Positions 60,361 through 64,000 of a DNA stretch of 64,000 bases are shown here, piece after piece. The translations under genes were made by a program, and so were the position numbers. The notes under the pieces are model-generated. The model had not been told where the DNA came from and searched no databases. It was given only the letters and a program-made list of their open reading frames with translations. Each line of letters begins with the position of its first letter. Positions within the stretch are counted from its first letter, which is position 1. Source of the stretch: a virus; the IMG/VR virus record IMGVR_UViG_3300045988_133395; one strand, written 5' to 3'.

Positions 60361-60735
60361 TTTATCTTCTCTCTTAGGTTCCCAGTGTTCAAACTCATCC
60401 CAGCCCGCAAACCAGTATCCTAAATTTTCTTCAGTATAAGGCTTGAAAGGACAACCAAATCTTCCAAATACTTCATTATTCTCATTTGGTTCTCTAATAA
60501 ATTTAGAATTTAAAATACAAGGACAGTTTTTCTCAACCCATTCTTTTGGAGCTGTAACGCAATAATTTAATGACATATCAATTATTGTTTCAACTACAAT
60601 AATTTTATTTTCAATTAGCCATTGTTCATTTCTAAAAGTTAAATTATCAATATCTAACCAAGTATTAAATGGTTCACAATCTGGAAAATCTCTTCCTGCG
60701 CTCCAATCATTAACTTCAAAATAAATAATTTCCAT
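60349..60735 (-). CDS. hypothetical protein
   Basis: 128-aa ORF. Confidence 0.4.
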   Translation of the reverse strand: MEIIYFEVNDWSAGRDFPDCEPFNTWLDIDNLTFRNEQWLIENKIIVVETIIDMSLNYCVTAPKEWVEKNCPCILNSKFIREPNENNEVFGRFGCPFKPYTEENLGYWFAGWDEFEHWEPKREDKIES

Positions 60736-60749
60736 ACTTAATCCTTTCT

Positions 60750-60780
60750 TAAAAAAAAAGAGGGGCTTAAAAGCCCCTCC
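60750..60780 (-). terminator. rho-independent terminator
   Basis: gaggggctt/aagcccctc hairpin + T9 on minus strand. Confidence 0.6.
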
Positions 60781-60787
60781 CAGTTAA

Positions 60788-62320
60788 TTACTCTTCAGTA
60801 GGAGCAACAACTGTATCAGCGTTAATAGTTACGCCTTTATTTGCGGCTAAGTTACCACCCATGAAACCAGCCAGAAGAGTCTTCAGGTCGATTCCAAGAG
60901 ATTCGCTCAGTCCTTCAGATACCTGAGTTACATTGGTCATGATGTCGCCCGCAAGCTTAGAGGTGTCTCCACCGAACATCATAATCTTATCAACATTTGT
61001 ATATCCCTTACCAACAGCTTCAGCGATTGCTGGTAACTGCTCGAAGTACACTTTAAGTGCCTGTAACTGCATATCCTGCTTAGCAGCTTCACCATACTGC
61101 TTCATAGCCTCTGCCTTCTTCTGAAGACCTTCAGCCTCAGCTTCAAGTTTAGCTCTAATAGCAGCAGCTTCTGCTTCACCTTTTGCCTGGGCTGCAGCTG
61201 CATCAGCTTCACCCTGTGCTTTTACAGCTTCTGCAAGAGCTTTCTTAGCATCTGCATCTCTCTGTGCTTCTGCAAGAGCAGCTTCTGCCTGCTTTGTTCT
61301 CTCGAACAACTCAGCCTCAGATTTCTTCTGAGTTTCATACAGTTTAGCATCTGCTCTCTGCTGTACTGCATACTTCTCAGCTTCAGCAGTTTTCTTAACT
61401 TCAGCTTCCAGAGCACGCTCTTTGATAGCAACTTCTCTCTCTTTCAACTCAATCTGCTTTTCCTGACGAGCAATATCTGCTTCAGTAGCAGCAACGTCTT
61501 TTAACTGACGCTGTTTCTCTTCCTCAATTGCCTGTGCCGCATTAGCCTGAGCCTTTGCAGTATCAGCAGTCTTTTTGAGGTCTGCCTGCTTCATTTCAAA
61601 CTCGTTATTACGAACTGCGATTTCCTCAGCTGCCTGAACTTTAGCATCATTAGATTTCTTTGCGTTAGCTGCCTCAGCAACAGCAATTTCTCTCTGTGCA
61701 TCAGATTTAGCAATTGCCGCATTCTTTCTAATCTGCTCAACGTTATCAATACCTAAGTTGTCAATAACACCGCCCTCATCAGAAAAGTTCTGAACATTAA
61801 AGGAAACAAGCTCAAGTCCGAATCTGGCAAGATCAGGAACTACATTCTGCTGAACTTTTTCGCTAAACGCTTTTCTATCAGATACCATCTCAGTCAGTTT
61901 CATCTGACCAACAATTTCACGAATATTACCTTCCAGGAGGTCATTAACTCTTTCTGCAATTACTTCACGTTTAACGTTCAAGAAGTTCTGAGCCGCAAGT
62001 GCAATCATTTCATCAGTTCTTCCAACCTGTACAGAAACAGTAGAATCAACTTTTACGTTAATGTACTCTGCTGTTGGAACAGCGGTACGAGTTTTTACAT
62101 CAATCTGAATCGCACCAAGAGACAACTTATCAAGTTTCTCAAAGAAAGGAATCTTAATACCGGATTTACCAATCAAGATTCGAGGTTTCTTATGCGGACC
62201 AGAGATGATATAAGCTACATCAGGTGAGGACTTTACATATCCTGTTACAAGGACCGCAATCAACACCACTGCAATGATAATTACAGGGATAAATGGAAGA
62301 ATTGAACTTAAAATATTCAT
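60788..62320 (-). CDS. flotillin-like SPFH/band-7 membrane protein
   Basis: N-terminal TM IPVIIIAVVLIAVLV, SPFH-like region, long Ala/Glu/Lys coiled coil (EAEAALAEAQRDADAKKALAEA...) typical of FloT/YqiK; 510 aa. Confidence 0.7.
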   Translation of the reverse strand: MNILSSILPFIPVIIIAVVLIAVLVTGYVKSSPDVAYIISGPHKKPRILIGKSGIKIPFFEKLDKLSLGAIQIDVKTRTAVPTAEYINVKVDSTVSVQVGRTDEMIALAAQNFLNVKREVIAERVNDLLEGNIREIVGQMKLTEMVSDRKAFSEKVQQNVVPDLARFGLELVSFNVQNFSDEGGVIDNLGIDNVEQIRKNAAIAKSDAQREIAVAEAANAKKSNDAKVQAAEEIAVRNNEFEMKQADLKKTADTAKAQANAAQAIEEEKQRQLKDVAATEADIARQEKQIELKEREVAIKERALEAEVKKTAEAEKYAVQQRADAKLYETQKKSEAELFERTKQAEAALAEAQRDADAKKALAEAVKAQGEADAAAAQAKGEAEAAAIRAKLEAEAEGLQKKAEAMKQYGEAAKQDMQLQALKVYFEQLPAIAEAVGKGYTNVDKIMMFGGDTSKLAGDIMTNVTQVSEGLSESLGIDLKTLLAGFMGGNLAANKGVTINADTVVAPTEE

Positions 62321-62368
62321 GTACTTAACTCCTTTTTCTCTTATAATAATTTATTTAATTTTCAAGGT

Positions 62369-62638
62369 TCAACAATGATACTCATATTTTACTAACCAAT
62401 ATTCTTTGCCGTCTTCTTTATAAAGAACAGCATGATCATCATATGGCGTTGTTACCAAACTTTTAAGTTTTTGAACAGCTTCAGTTTTATTTCTATAAAC
62501 TGCATTTTTATGAAAAGTTAAATTTCCATGATACCCACTTGATTCTTGCGGGTCATAAGCAAAACTGTTTAAATCTCGTAAAATTTGGGATTCTTTTGTA
62601 GAGCTATCATAACTCTTATACCCAATTAAATGGCTCAT
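62369..62638 (-). CDS. hypothetical protein
   Basis: 89-aa ORF. Confidence 0.35.
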   Translation of the reverse strand: MSHLIGYKSYDSSTKESQILRDLNSFAYDPQESSGYHGNLTFHKNAVYRNKTEAVQKLKSLVTTPYDDHAVLYKEDGKEYWLVKYEYHC

Positions 62639-63186
62639 AGCATATCTTTACACTCCTCATATTTATTTTTTATATCTTCAATAACTGTATCAAGTGAAAC
62701 TGGATAACAGTTATGAGAATCAACTCCTACATGATACATAAAGAAATTATCTTCATAAAAATTAATATTCTGATGTGTATGACCAAATAAGTTTAAAGTC
62801 ATATGATGTAATCCTGAATCATCAACATTTCCAGTCAATGTTGGATAATGACTCATATAAAAATTATATTTTCTATATTTTAAAACTGTCGAATATCCAA
62901 GGCATTCAAGACTATTTTCTTTATAAAGATTAACTCTTGTATTTGTATCATGGTTTCCAATGATAAAATACTTTTTACCATTCAGCCGTTTTAAACATTC
63001 AAGTCCATGTTCGTTATCTTTCAGCATCAAGTCGCCTAAGATATACACTTCATCTTCTGGCTGCACCAGCTCATTCCATCTTTTAATAATTTCTTCATCA
63101 TGGTCAACAATATTCGGGAACCCTCTTGGTTCATAAATAAATGGCTTCGAATGACCAAAATGAAGATCTGAAGTCACATAAATCAT
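62635..63186 (-). CDS. calcineurin-like metallophosphoesterase
   Basis: MIYVTSDLHFGH, ILGDLM, IIGNHDT, GHTH motifs; 183 aa. Confidence 0.65.
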   Translation of the reverse strand: MIYVTSDLHFGHSKPFIYEPRGFPNIVDHDEEIIKRWNELVQPEDEVYILGDLMLKDNEHGLECLKRLNGKKYFIIGNHDTNTRVNLYKENSLECLGYSTVLKYRKYNFYMSHYPTLTGNVDDSGLHHMTLNLFGHTHQNINFYEDNFFMYHVGVDSHNCYPVSLDTVIEDIKNKYEECKDML

Positions 63187-63767
63187 TCGACATACTCCTT
63201 ATCAGCATCTCCTACAATCAAAATATGTTTGTAGGTATATTTTTCATTGTAAGTTGGTTTATCAAAAGTATAAAACATTCTTCTGATTGTTCCTCTTGGG
63301 ACATAAGCACGTCCCATTCCTTTTCGATTCTCATTCTGAGCAAGAATCTGAGTAAGTGGTAAATTAAATACAACTGGAATAATATCTACTCCATCCAAAT
63401 CAAGTTTATCAAGAACTCGATTTCTTGCTTTTTCACTAAGATGAGTTGCATCTGCGAAAACTGCAACATCATCAGTTGCTTCATTTAAAGCATTTTTAAT
63501 TCTATTACAAAACTCATTAAAGACATCATCTTCATACTTGAAAATGTTTTTATCATCTTCTTTTAAAAACTCAGCTCTTACTTCATCTCTTGACACATGT
63601 ACACACTTGTAAGTCGTTGCCTGTGCCATTTCCTTCTTGACATAAGTCGTCTTGCCCGATCCTGCAGGACCGCACATAAGAAAGAGAATCTTGTGCTTCA
63701 TCTTTATACACCCCATTTTCAAAATTTTCTTTAAACTCAAGAACATCCTCATATGATTTACATTCAA
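63183..63767 (-). CDS. P-loop kinase (AAA_33/polynucleotide-kinase-like); start probably MKHKI ~63701
   Basis: FLMCGPAGSGKTTYV Walker A, FADATHL, R-rich lid. Confidence 0.55.
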   Translation of the reverse strand: MNVNHMRMFLSLKKILKMGCIKMKHKILFLMCGPAGSGKTTYVKKEMAQATTYKCVHVSRDEVRAEFLKEDDKNIFKYEDDVFNEFCNRIKNALNEATDDVAVFADATHLSEKARNRVLDKLDLDGVDIIPVVFNLPLTQILAQNENRKGMGRAYVPRGTIRRMFYTFDKPTYNEKYTYKHILIVGDADKEYVE

Positions 63768-63933
63768 TATGATTTACTTCTTGTTTACAGAATACACAGT
63801 ACATTTTCTTTCTATGAAATCTACCATGCTGATGACTATTACGACGTGGTAAACTCATATTTTTATGACCGCAATTCATACAATAGAAATCATTGATTAT
63901 CATTTTTCCATTTCTTCGTCCCATTAGTATCAA
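63583..63933 (-). CDS. zinc-ribbon protein (N-terminal part credible; overlaps kinase gene in other frame)
   Basis: CMNCGH...CVFCKQEVNHIEC; 116-aa ORF overlapping 63583..63767. Confidence 0.3.
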   Translation of the reverse strand: MILMGRRNGKMIINDFYCMNCGHKNMSLPRRNSHQHGRFHRKKMYCVFCKQEVNHIECKSYEDVLEFKENFENGVYKDEAQDSLSYVRSCRIGQDDLCQEGNGTGNDLQVCTCVKR

Positions 63934-64000
63934 TTCCTTTTAATTATTTATTACATATATATTATATAATATTTTTTATAAAATATCAATTAAGATATTT

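Noticed and set aside
60788-62320. Flotillin gene as a clear foreign (HGT) island based on GC
   Set aside because: The GC rise coincides with the Ala/Glu-rich coiled coil (GCN and GAR codons). Compositional evidence alone is therefore ambiguous, and the claim is kept only as a hypothesis inside the finding.

Overview
This is an AT-rich (about 30% GC) window from a large double-stranded DNA phage. Strong GGAGG ribosome-binding sites suggest a Firmicutes/Clostridia host.

Gene layout:
- Plus strand, 1-13,990: a virion-structure module ending in a 2366-aa tail fibre and a run of small proteins, preceded at 572-2695 by a 707-aa protein with three Ig-like domains.
- A bidirectional terminator at about 14.0 kb separates this from roughly 50 kb of minus-strand genes.
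- The minus-strand block encodes replication functions: a DnaE-type (C-family) polymerase, DnaB-like helicase, DnaG-like primase, Dda/RecD-like helicase, RecJ-like exonuclease, NAD-dependent ligase (LigA), RNase H, and T4-like topoisomerase II large and small subunits.
- It also encodes nucleotide metabolism: the anaerobic ribonucleotide reductase (RNR) pair nrdD/nrdG, a guanylate-kinase-like kinase, dUTPase, and a divergent ThyX-like protein.
- Recombination and lysis genes are in the same block: an AAA_24/Sak4-like ATPase with a possible SSB, a RuvC-like resolvase, and a holin/endolysin cassette.

Unusual features:
- nrdD is interrupted by a group I intron carrying an HNH homing endonuclease; dnaE is interrupted by one carrying a GIY-YIG endonuclease.
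- A membrane-anchored coiled-coil protein ends in a GIY-YIG domain.
- A flotillin-like protein, a kinase plus metallophosphoesterase pair, and a PIN-PhoH protein are present.
- A promoter of the form TTGAYT-N17-TATAAT recurs at least six times.

The best candidate for an undescribed system is a tightly coupled minus-strand operon at about 14.0-21.6 kb. It holds two paralogous radical-SAM (rSAM) enzymes with SPASM domains, similar to anaerobic sulfatase-maturating enzymes (anSME). Immediately upstream is a 413-aa Ser/Asn/Gly/Phe-rich repeat protein with C-terminal Cys-X3-(Asn/Asp) motifs. Downstream are two paralogous Cys-rich proteins and a membrane coiled-coil protein. This looks like a phage-encoded protein or RiPP-like maturation system.
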